Positions 20,445 to 30,080 of a stretch of DNA of 32,019 bases are shown in pieces (the stretch's first letter is position 1; the number at the start of each line of letters is the position of its first letter). The notes beneath the pieces were generated by a model. That model saw only the letters and a list, made by a program, of their open reading frames with translations. It did no database searches and was not told where the DNA came from. The position numbers and the translations under genes are program-made. This DNA comes from Craspedostauros australis (lineage: Eukaryota). The stretch lies in contig JALAGF010004790.1 of NCBI GenBank assembly GCA_030167865.1, positions 1 through 32,019 on the forward strand. The letters are read 5' to 3'.

Positions 20445-22858
20445 AACTTGATGGTGAGGTGAAATTCCCATGAATGCATCGTCGTCACAAATTATTGATA
20501 CCTGACTCCCAGCATGATCGTTGTCAACCATAAATGAATCCATCACATTGTATCACCACAGTGACACAAATCCCGTTTGTAAACTCGGCAAGAAGCCAAA
20601 GACTCACCTGCAAGACGGACGACCTTGCCCTTTGGAAGCATTGGCTTGATGTAACGACCACGATCCTGGGAGAAGATGAGACCACGGCCACCACCCTTTC
20701 CGTTTCTCTCGCGGGATGCGAATTGGATAAGATCCGGGTCGACTGGTGTGGCATCGGCATCGAACATGAACTCCTGTGGCACGTCTGGAACATCTGGGGC
20801 ATCATTTTCCTCGTTCTCCTCATCTGGCTCGTCATTCTCTTCCTCGTCCTCCTGGTCTTCTTCCTCGTTCTCGGTGTCCTCGTTCTGGTCATCCATCTGC
20901 GGCGGCGGCGGCGGTGGCGGAGGGGGTGGCATCATCTCATCGTCATCCATTGGGGTGTTGATGAAGGTTCCACGTGGGGCGATGGCGAGCTTGACAGCGA
21001 GTTTGAGATCGTCGCTGTTGACCTGACGTCCCTCGAGGGCGGCGGCGGCACGGGCGACTTCGACGGCGAAGATCTCAGCACGGTGTCCCTGGCATCCGGC
21101 GCGGATGGCCTCCTCGCAGAGGTACTGGATCTGCGATGGCGAGACGGTGAGGTCACGAATGTACTCGCGAGCAAAGATGATGGCGGTCTTGAGATCGTCC
21201 TCGTTCTCGATGGCCTCCTGCAGTGCAACCTCGGCTTCGCTGGTCTTCTGTGCGCCGGACGAGGCGAAGTTGAGGACGCTATCGACGGCTTCCACACGCT
21301 GCGATACGTCGAGCTTCTGGGCATCAGCAGAGAGGGCGACGGCGATACGGTCGAGCAAATGATCGCGCAGCTCACCCTCGTCAGGGTTGAAGGTGGCGAT
21401 GAGGAGCGGGCGGCATGGATATCGCAGGGAGATGCCTTCACGTTCGACGGTGACGTATCCCTCGGTGACGACGTTGAGGAGGATGTTGGCGGTTTCCTCG
21501 TCGAGAAGGTTGATGTCATCGACGTACAGGACACCTCTGTGGGCCTTGGCCAACAGACCTGGCGAGAAGACGGTCTTTCCGGACTTGACACTCTCCTCCA
21601 GATCAGCACTTCCGATGAGACGGTCCTCCATGACATTGAGTGGGACCTGCACGAAAGGACATTGGATGATTTCGGATTCGCGTTCTGCGAGCGGGGTGCC
21701 GCCGTTGTCGAGCTCCGTCTTGGTGAAGTCGTCGAGGCCAAATTCGCCCTCCACATCGATGTTGAAAGCGGATCCCTTGATGACCTCGATGGGTGGAAGG
21801 AGCTGGTGCAGGGCACGGGCCATCACGGACTTGGCGGTTCCCTTTCCACCAGAAATAACGACGCCTCCCATGCGGTTGTTGATGGATGCGAGCAGCAGAG
21901 CCTGCTTGATGTTGTCCTGTCCCACGATCATGGACAGTGGGTAGGGCCGGCCACCGAGGTCCATGATTTCGGTGGACTTGACGGACATGTTGCCGGTGCC
22001 GGACATGGCGGCCTCGGCTTCCATGGCTGCCTTGGCACGGTCGGCGGCGGAAGTGTCATTCTCGTCGGCGATGGCGCTCATGAAGGTGGCGGATGGTTGT
22101 CTGGATGTGAGTGGTCGTGAGCCTGGCATGAAGGTGAACGATTGCACCTGTAATTGGAGTCGTCGTGAAATTGAATGAAGAGTATTGTGATGGTTGTGTC
22201 AGGCGGATGCGTGGAGCGGGGTGGATGTGAAGACCGTTGGTGGAGTAAGAATCGGGGAAAGCCAAGATGGAGAGTTGCCATGAATGGTGGTTGTTGCATG
22301 TATCGATGGATAAAATGTGACGCGGGAACGGAAAGTGCATATGAATGTGGAATGGGAGAATGAATGAAGTGAGATGCGGTGATAGATGAAGCGCATTGAA
22401 TTGAAGTTAATTGGGTGGAGCACAAGCTGGCTATGCTGCGTGCATTGGCGAGGATGTTGTGGCTTCGTCTCTCACAGGCAAGGTAGATGCAAACGGGGTG
22501 CATGGAAAATGAAGCTCGGCAATGGATGACGAATCATGCGATGCTCATCAATGCGTCGCGTCCATCGCACGCCATCGATTGCGTTGCGTGAGATGGCATC
22601 AAGGTTGCGCTGCGCTGTGCGAGACAGATACGGGTGGTGCTGATGCCAACCTGCCTGCCTTCTTTCTCGCATGCCCAAGTGCGTGCGAGCATGGATCTCG
22701 ATCCGAACCTGACACCATGCGATTCCGCGTCAATTGGATTGTAATCGGACACCAATGGAAACCCATGGCGGTCATCGTAACGACTGCGCCGCCCGTCGAT
22801 GATAACTCACTGCTGCCAGGTAGCACGAGGCCACCAACAGTCTCGACATCATGATCAT
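19365..22858 (-). CDS. chlD: Magnesium chelatase subunit ChlD, plastid-targeted (exons 22858-22811, 22147-20608, 20336-19954, 19751-19365; ~785 aa)
   Basis: AAA+ domain ([42 protein letters not shown]), poly-Pro/acidic linker, and vWA domain with [19 protein letters not shown] and ISDGRAN. All three introns are GT-AG and phase-compatible. Spliced presequence is [19 protein letters not shown]^FTF. Confidence 0.95.
20412..20438. repeat. (AG)n microsatellite in ChlD intron 2
   Basis: Uninterrupted agagag... run read directly in the sequence. Confidence 0.95.
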
Positions 22859-23682
22859 GATTGTCGTTCTGCTATTGTAGTATGTGCCTTGTGATGGGTC
22901 TCTCTCCTCTTTCTTCCCAAACTTCAATTGATCTGCAACTTCGGATCTTCCCAACCCAAAAGCCTCCGATCCAATGTCCGTTTTCTCGTGTCTTGTGTCA
23001 ATAATGCAAGTCAACTAAAGTCAAGTGTTCCACAACTTCACTGGACTTCACTTCAACTACGAAGCTTTGTATTGTCGTTTCCTGTTCAATTGGTTGGTCT
23101 TGTGGATGGTTGTTGTCAATCCACACTTTCCAACAACGAAGAGGAATGCTACAATTGATTTGTAATCGCGGTGTCTCACAACAAGGGAAGAGAGCGTCGC
23201 ACCAAGCTGATCCTTGTCGCACGACCTCACTTGTGGCCAAGGAGCGTCGTTGTCATCACCGAGCGTCGTTGTTGGTTCCTCCGCGCCTCTGAGCATGAAT
23301 GCAAACCAGTGCGTGTGATTGTGTGATCCACACGAAAGTTGAAGTTGTTCCTACCACAACCGTACATTTCAACGTGCGACACTATTTTCAGATGCAGAAC
23401 CATCACGGGGGACTAAGAAAGTGCAATTGCAACGACTCTTTTCCACGTGGAAACACAACTTCAAGTGGTTCAAGACGTGGATGATTGCTTCCCGATGTTC
23501 TTGATTAGTCTCTAACGTGAAGTCGCAGAAACGAAAGCCGAAGGTTGATGCCGAAACATGGTGGTAGGATTTGCACGATCGCGGAAACACACTCACATGA
23601 TGACAGCGATGATGATGGCAGAGACGTGCGCAGGGGGTATGAATTAACTGCACTGCACTGCATTGCGATGAACTGCCTTGCT

Positions 23683-25517
23683 CTATTCGTGCAGATCATG
23701 CTGCTCTTTGCTCATCCACCGCTGGCATAGAACGCCAGACTCTGAGAGGGCACAGGAAGGTGGCTTCGACACTGGTCCGCACTCTGACCATTCATCGTTC
23801 CGCAGCACGAACGCCCTGGTCGCAACATCCGCATGCGCGCACAGCTCTTGCTTCTGCTGCAACGCTGTTGGCGCGTGGCCCATGGGACCCACAAAGACAT
23901 CGGCGACGTAATGGGAGATGGTCGGCGCAAATGATTTCACGCGTTCCATGTGATTGCAGGCCGATACCCAGGTGGATGGTCGTCCCAGTTCCTCTGCAAT
24001 GCGGACCAAGCTGCGGCATAGCCAATGAAGCCAGACGCGGGATTCCTTTTCCGGCACGTTGGCGTGGACGTGCAACCATCCACCGCATTCCGTCTTGAGA
24101 GAGCGCACCGCCGTCACCCATCCGCCTTCGCTGCTGGGCAGCAGGCCAAGACTGACGCGATCGAAACGATTCACCAAACTATGCTGCCGTGCCACCACGC
24201 GGCAATCTCCTTGCCGCACCGTGACCTTATCCGCGATCATGTTTGCTGTGACGTTGTACTTGAGTGCGAACACTGCGTCGTCGTTCCATTCGCATGCCGT
24301 CACATGGTTGGCATGACCATGGATGATTGCCGGCAGTGTGTAATACCCAATGCCAGCGTACATATCCAGCACTTCGTCGCCATGCCGCACCAACCTACCG
24401 AATCGGATCTTCTCGGAGATGTTGCCGCGGCTGAACATGACGCGCGTGAGATCGAAGGATTGGCGGATGCCTTGTTCTGTCACGCAGATCCATCCCGGAG
24501 TATCGGGTCCTGCGACGTATGTGAGGAAGAAGTACAGTTGATGAAAGGAGAGTAGAGCAGAGCAGAGTTGGTCGATCGATGAGTATGTAGACTGTTCGGT
24601 ACACGTGTGCAAAGAGTCTTGGACGTAAGATTAGAAGTCGGGCAAGCATGGAGACTGCGACTTTGGATTCAAGTATCATATTCAATGTATCCAGGGATTC
24701 TGCTCAAGTCAACCAAACGTCCTCCAGAGACTGCATTCGCAAACCACTCACCTGTCTGTGATGCTGCTGCGACTGCATTGACGATGGGCCACACCAATGT
24801 GTGCCCGCTATGCCGTATCCTGCTTTCCGCATCGATGGGACCGCGTCGTACAATTCGTTTGCTGCGATGCGTCTTGCAAATTTGTTGCCATAGCTGCTGC
24901 AGACGTGATGCAAGATCCTGTTGTTGATTGGCGCAAAGGAAGGCATGGAACGCTGCGTCATCAAATGCACTGGGCGGTAAAACGACGGTGCGATCGTCTC
25001 CAAAGATCTCGAGCTTGTTGGGGCAGACGGAGGAATCGAATCCTTGCAATTGTGCCGTCAGAGCCTCGCGTCGTTTGGTCTGGGAATCTGATGAAGACGA
25101 CGCACTCTCCTCGTCTTGCGTGGTCGTCAGGAGCATATCCAAGATGGTTTGGTGCACCAGCGATAGCTTGCCGCCCTTTGTGCTGTTGGATACATTGGCA
25201 CGGTTGCCCAGCACCCCTGTGCTGAATGGGCAGAGCTGTGCGCCGCTTGCGACCACGATCTCTGACAGCGTTGCGTCGTTGACGATGTGGCTGATCTCGA
25301 ATGCATCATCGACCGGAATGGCAATACAATCTTTGATCTTGTGATGCGACATCGCCGCAGTATCGTTGCGTCTGAGGCTGGATTGGGTGGCATCGGTGTC
25401 TGCTGCCACCATGCGGAAGCTCTTGTGGATCATGTCCTTCTGCTCCAGCGCTGTCTTGGCCACCTTGGCGTGCCTCTTCAGAACGTAGACGACATTCGTC
25501 ACACCCCCTTTCATCAT
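23683..25517 (-). CDS. TYW2: tRNA wybutosine-synthesising protein 2 (TYW2/TRM12; exons 25517-24752, 24509-23683; ~530 aa)
   Basis: Motifs GWICVTEQGIRQSFDLTRVMFSRGNISEKIRF, SAM motif VLDMYAGIGYYTLP, ACEWN, DRVSLGLLPSSEGGW, GGWLHVHAN and RVKSFAP. A GTGAGT...CGCAG intron (24751-24510) joins in frame. Confidence 0.9.
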
Positions 25518-25889
25518 TGATGTGACTAGTCGCGTTGTTATTGATGGTGGCTTGTCGTCATTCCGCAATGGGGAATTGTTCGAACAAGGCAGAGGTTGCG
25601 GTGCTGAGCAATGTGGCCGTGTTTGGTGAGTGGTTGGTGAGTGGTTGTGTTGATGGGATGATGAGTTAGCCCTTCTTAAATTTCATACTTCATGTTTGCA
25701 GGATTATTTATAGTGAGAAATTGCATTCAACTCTTGTTTTCGCTGATTTCGAAGGTGTTTGTCAAAGAGCTAGATGAAGATATCCAAATCAAAAGGCGGA
25801 AGGTTTGTTCCCCCCACAAACCACTCACCTCGCAACATGAGCACAATGCAGAACAAGTGCGGGAAGACAATACAAACTACTGCGCTCCC

Positions 25890-26531
25890 ATGCCCAACAC
25901 CACCCTCGCCTTGGTGGGCGACTCCGACATTGCATTCTGGCCAAACGAGCTGCATCCGAAGCACACGAGCCTTCAAGATGACGATGATACCATCCCAATA
26001 GTCAGTGGCCATCCGGGTGCCTGCCTCATTGACGTCGTCCCCAAAATTGCGAAGATCATCGCTGCACACGGCGACGCCCTCATCCTCGTGGCATGCGCCG
26101 GCGAGAACGATATCGGCAGCGGCATGTCGTTGGATTCGACGTTGCAAGCCATGGACCGCTTGCTGCATGCCGTCTTCGATTCAGACGAAACGACTGTGCA
26201 CCTGATCTTTTTGGGCCCCAAACTGGAACCCTGGTTGCAGCACGATGCATCCAGCCGCAAGGCCTACAGCAAGATGTCGAGGGCCTTGCAGCGCGCCTGT
26301 ACTAAGCACGCGAATGCAGATCGCATACGGTACATCGATTGCTTGCTCATGTTCTGCGGCGCTTCCGCTGGTCTTCCCGGTGCTGTGCATGGTGGCAAGG
26401 CCGTGGCGGAATCGAGGTACTTTGCCAGCGATGAGTTGCATCTCAGTGACGAAGGCTATGGGGTATGGAAAGAGGTTGTCGAGAATGCAATTGAGGAACT
26501 GGCTTCTGGGTCGATAATAAGATCAACATGA
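25890..26531 (+). CDS. SGNH/GDSL-type hydrolase (start 25890; an upstream in-frame ATG exists at 25692)
   Basis: Block I LVGDSD, block III AGENDI, and block V DELHLSDEGY (DxxH). The start codon is uncertain. Confidence 0.85.
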   Translation: MPNTTLALVGDSDIAFWPNELHPKHTSLQDDDDTIPIVSGHPGACLIDVVPKIAKIIAAHGDALILVACAGENDIGSGMSLDSTLQAMDRLLHAVFDSDETTVHLIFLGPKLEPWLQHDASSRKAYSKMSRALQRACTKHANADRIRYIDCLLMFCGASAGLPGAVHGGKAVAESRYFASDELHLSDEGYGVWKEVVENAIEELASGSIIRST

Positions 26532-27001
26532 GCGTATGCATGGGAGAAGAAAGGGTGCTAGATTGGTTTCATTTTGCTCTGGTCAATGCAATCGTCTCGA
26601 GAGCATTGTGTAGCTTGCCTGACATCATCGCCAAGGTCACCATCCCAAGTCCTTGAAGTGTATACATGCATGTAGGGCAGAGTACGAGTATACAGCTGGA
26701 GTGGACGCTTGTGCCGGTGGTACGTACGAGTAAGTTGTGGAGATCTATCCAGTACGTAAAGTAGACCAAGGAGTAGTGACACTTATTCTCTCAGATGTAT
26801 GGTGCATACATGGACGGCGGCGCCAAGAAATAGATTACAGCGTCCCTTCACATGTCCTGCTATTGCATTTTTGTTGCTTCGTATAATAGCACAGCTGCGT
26901 TCACAGCAACAGTAATGGCAACTCCAATCGTAATTGCACGAACAAATGAGGGCACCGCCATCACCATCGCTACCATAAATACATACTCCACACAATGTAG
27001 T

Positions 27002-27772
27002 CTACTCCGTCTTCTTGTCGCTCGCCTCGGCCGCAATCTTCTGCGTGTTCTCGAGGTACATCCAGTACTGCACGAACATGATGAAATTGAGCGCCAGACT
27101 GAGGACGAAGCTCATCATGACGGTGAAATCGCCCGTCTCCTGCAACGTCGTGGCGATGCGGACCAAGGAACCGACGAGGTTGAGTCCCGTCGTGACGATG
27201 GAGAGGTTTCCCGTCTGCTTGTCGCGGAAGGTCTCGAGTATCTGGGACCCGCGCGCGTAGAGGAGGACGGGCCACATGGACGTGATGAGGACGGAGCGGT
27301 ACTCGTCGGGCATGACGAAGAGCGTGATGAAGCTGTAGATCGCGAACGTGACGACGGACAGGATCTGCTCCTGCAGGCCGACCTTGCTGAAGTGCCATGC
27401 CAGCGAGATGATGGCGATGTTCTGCAGGAGGAGCGCGCCGTTCTCACCGTAGGCCGTGAAGGGATGGCCCTCGAGGAAGCCGTAGAAGGCGCCGTTGGCG
27501 TAGACGATTACCTCTCCGTAGAGGCTGTTTCTCGAAAGGCCCGCCGCGGACTTGGAATTGAGGACGTTGATCATGATGGGAGTCTTGTTGAGGCAGGATC
27601 CCAGGATGATGGCGACGCCCAGCGCCTTGGCGATGAGCTGCGAGAAGCATCCCGCCGCGAGGAAAGGAATCGTGGAGAGGCAAACCTTGGGATTGACCTC
27701 CTCGGTTGGGTCTGCACCCCAGATCCACTGCGCGAGAGGCATCACCATCGGGATTGCTTCCAGTTCGACCAT
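27002..27772 (-). CDS. MPDU1: MPDU1/Lec35-like PQ-loop membrane protein (~256 aa)
   Basis: CFSQLIAKALGVAIILGS...SKSAAGLS...HPFTAYGE...QNIAI and QILETFRDKQTGNLS...GSLVRIATTLQETGD match the MPDU1 pattern. Multiple hydrophobic helices and a C-terminal KKTE ER-retrieval signal. Confidence 0.85.
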   Translation of the reverse strand: MVELEAIPMVMPLAQWIWGADPTEEVNPKVCLSTIPFLAAGCFSQLIAKALGVAIILGSCLNKTPIMINVLNSKSAAGLSRNSLYGEVIVYANGAFYGFLEGHPFTAYGENGALLLQNIAIISLAWHFSKVGLQEQILSVVTFAIYSFITLFVMPDEYRSVLITSMWPVLLYARGSQILETFRDKQTGNLSIVTTGLNLVGSLVRIATTLQETGDFTVMMSFVLSLALNFIMFVQYWMYLENTQKIAAEASDKKTE

Positions 27773-28381
27773 CGTCGCGTCTGTTCCGTTTCTGTCTGTC
27801 TTTGCGGATAGTAAGATTGATGTGCGCAACTTCCTCCTTTCTGGAAACAACAAGCAGGATGGTGTGATGCGATGTGATGTGATGTGGTGGAGCGTGGTGG
27901 GCAGCTGGCAGGCATGGAGAATCTTTTTCTGAATGTTGTTGGAGTGGTTGGTGAGAAAACGGATACGGTTGCGTTGTCTGCGATTTGCGTTCTGTTTCAC
28001 GATCGTGGACACGGAATGACTCAACCGAATGCTATTGTGGAACAAACACGTTTTCGGCGACGAAAAAGCAGAAATGGCGCCATCTTTCCCAGAGATTTGA
28101 ATTCCGCGCAGGCCAAAACGGCCTTTTTGCGGTTGGTGACGGATCCGTCAATCTTCGGCAGATGGAATGTGTGACAGGTCCGCAGAGACGTGCCTTGTCG
28201 TGTTCGAAGGGTCATACCTCCTCTGGATGTGATGGCACAATTCTGAGGCGAAGCATTGCACACAAAAGATCGCACAGAGCGGAGCGAGAAGGAGATCCAT
28301 CATCAAGCATTGTCAAGCATTGTCAAGCAACGATCGTCACAAGTATTGCCAAGGATCATCATCGTCATCATTGTCATTGTC

Positions 28382-30079
28382 ATGACCAACGATCGAATGA
28401 ACACAAGGAAGATGCCATCTGCGTTCGTCACAACCTTCGTCTGCGGACTCGTGGCCGCACCAGCGGTGGCAGCAGGAGGGTATGGTTCAACGAGCAGGGC
28501 ATCCGCGGCTCTCACTGCAGGATTCATCAATGCGGACAAGCTTCGCCAGGACAAGGAACCATCTCCATTTGCATTCGCATTCACGTCCACGCGCGCGCCC
28601 ACCAGTGCTGCGCGTGGTACTCAGCTCAATTCAATTCCGACCTCGTTCGATGTGTTCACATCGGGCCTCACGTCCATCTGCCGCCTGCCATTCGGCGTCT
28701 CGGTCGCCAACCCCGCAGTGACGGACGCCATGGAAGGAACGGATGACGATGACGGCCTTCTCAAGGTCCTCAACAACAACATCCGTCTCAAGGAGCTGGT
28801 CAACATTGAGAACTCTCGTGATTGTCGCACGGTTCGCGAGAAGATCACAGAGTACGATCTTTGCGTTGATCGGGTTGTGTCGCCCACCACTGCCTCGGGC
28901 ACGACCAGCACCGCTTGTCCCACCATGATCGTGCAGGATGGCAGCAACGAAATCAGGCTGGAGGGTGCGGCGGCCATCACCGACTTTCTTGACTCACGGT
29001 TCGCTGCGGATGCGCTTGATTCCGCGGCAGGACAAGCACAGGCAAAGACACACGTCGAAGGCGTGCCGCTCACACCATCGGAGATGGCCAAGGACGTTCA
29101 AGGTTTGGTCGAGTTGGTGGGTGGCCAGACAGCAGGTCTCTTCCGCAGCGGCCGTGGCGAGACAGTCTCGCCTGCTGCAATGCCATCGGTTTCCACCATG
29201 AAGCCGCTCATTCTGTATTCCTACGAAGGCAACCAGTTCTGCAGATTGGTGCGAGAAGTCTTCACAGAGCTGGACATCGTCTACGAATTGCGTTCGGTGG
29301 GCAAGCTGTCTCCACGACGATCCGAATTGGCAGCGCGCCGTGACGACCAGTCCACCCAATGTCCTTACCTCGTGGATCCCAACCTCGGCATCGAGATGGG
29401 AGAGAGCAAGGACATCATCCAGCATCTCTACACCAACTACGCCAAGTACACACCGCCAAGCGAGATCCTGCAGTGGGCCTCGGATGTCCTCGTGCCCTAC
29501 TTCCGCAACTTCTTTGCCGCGGTGTCACCGATTCAGGCTGGAGCGGGGTTGGAGAGCCACGCGGAGTTCCAGCAGGACATTGCGCAGGCCACCGCCAGCA
29601 TAGAACGCACCATCCAGTCGCATCCGCTGGTCATCTACACCTACGACCTTTCGCCATTCTGCACAGAGGCCAAGACCATCCTGCAGGAACAGCTCGAGAA
29701 GATGTCGTTGACGGACGAAGCCGAAATCCACGAAGTCAGCCTGGGCTACGAATGGGTGCCGGGCCTCATTGCGGAGGGCGGCGCGCAGAAACGTCAGGCC
29801 CTCTTCGAGATGACCGGCCAGACCTCTCTGCCGCATGTCTTTGTTCACGGTCAATCCGTCGGTGGTTTGTTCGGCGACGATGGCCTCATCGCATGCATCC
29901 AGGACGGTACCTTCGCCAACATGCTCAAGAGCGGTAGACCCATGCAGAGTTACGACGAGCTTCTGACAGATGCGCAAAAGCAGAAGGAGCTCCTGGACAC
30001 GATCAAGACCGCCGTCAACCAAGGCGGCGGTGGCGGTGCTTCCAACACCACGAATCCAATGCAGTTGGAGTTGTTTTAA
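28382..30079 (+). CDS. Multi-domain thioredoxin-fold protein: two GST-N-like domains plus a C-terminal glutaredoxin domain; likely plastid-targeted
   Basis: Hydrophobic N-terminus with S/T/A/R-rich transit-like segment. Domain 1: NIENSRDCRTVREKITEYDL. Domain 2: LYSYEGNQFCRLVREVFTELDI...QCPYLVDPN...ESKDIIQHL. Domain 3: VIYTYDLSPFCTEAK...TGQTSLPHVFVHGQSVGG. Start could be 28382, 28397 or 28412. Confidence 0.8.
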   Translation: MTNDRMNTRKMPSAFVTTFVCGLVAAPAVAAGGYGSTSRASAALTAGFINADKLRQDKEPSPFAFAFTSTRAPTSAARGTQLNSIPTSFDVFTSGLTSICRLPFGVSVANPAVTDAMEGTDDDDGLLKVLNNNIRLKELVNIENSRDCRTVREKITEYDLCVDRVVSPTTASGTTSTACPTMIVQDGSNEIRLEGAAAITDFLDSRFAADALDSAAGQAQAKTHVEGVPLTPSEMAKDVQGLVELVGGQTAGLFRSGRGETVSPAAMPSVSTMKPLILYSYEGNQFCRLVREVFTELDIVYELRSVGKLSPRRSELAARRDDQSTQCPYLVDPNLGIEMGESKDIIQHLYTNYAKYTPPSEILQWASDVLVPYFRNFFAAVSPIQAGAGLESHAEFQQDIAQATASIERTIQSHPLVIYTYDLSPFCTEAKTILQEQLEKMSLTDEAEIHEVSLGYEWVPGLIAEGGAQKRQALFEMTGQTSLPHVFVHGQSVGGLFGDDGLIACIQDGTFANMLKSGRPMQSYDELLTDAQKQKELLDTIKTAVNQGGGGGASNTTNPMQLELF

Positions 30080-30080
30080 T

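Noticed and set aside
20534..22120. 528-aa plus-strand ORF
   Set aside because: Antisense shadow of ChlD exon 2 caused by C/G-ending codon bias.
22148..22810. C/D-box snoRNA in ChlD intron 1
   Set aside because: A UUGAUGA C-like box exists near 22550, but the nearest CUGA is ~350 nt away with no terminal stem.
26852..27811. 319-aa plus-strand ORF
   Set aside because: Antisense shadow of the GC3-rich MPDU1-like gene.
30062..30076. C-terminal QLELF resembling a bacterial beta-clamp-binding motif
   Set aside because: A five-residue match in a redox protein with no DNA-related domain; likely chance.
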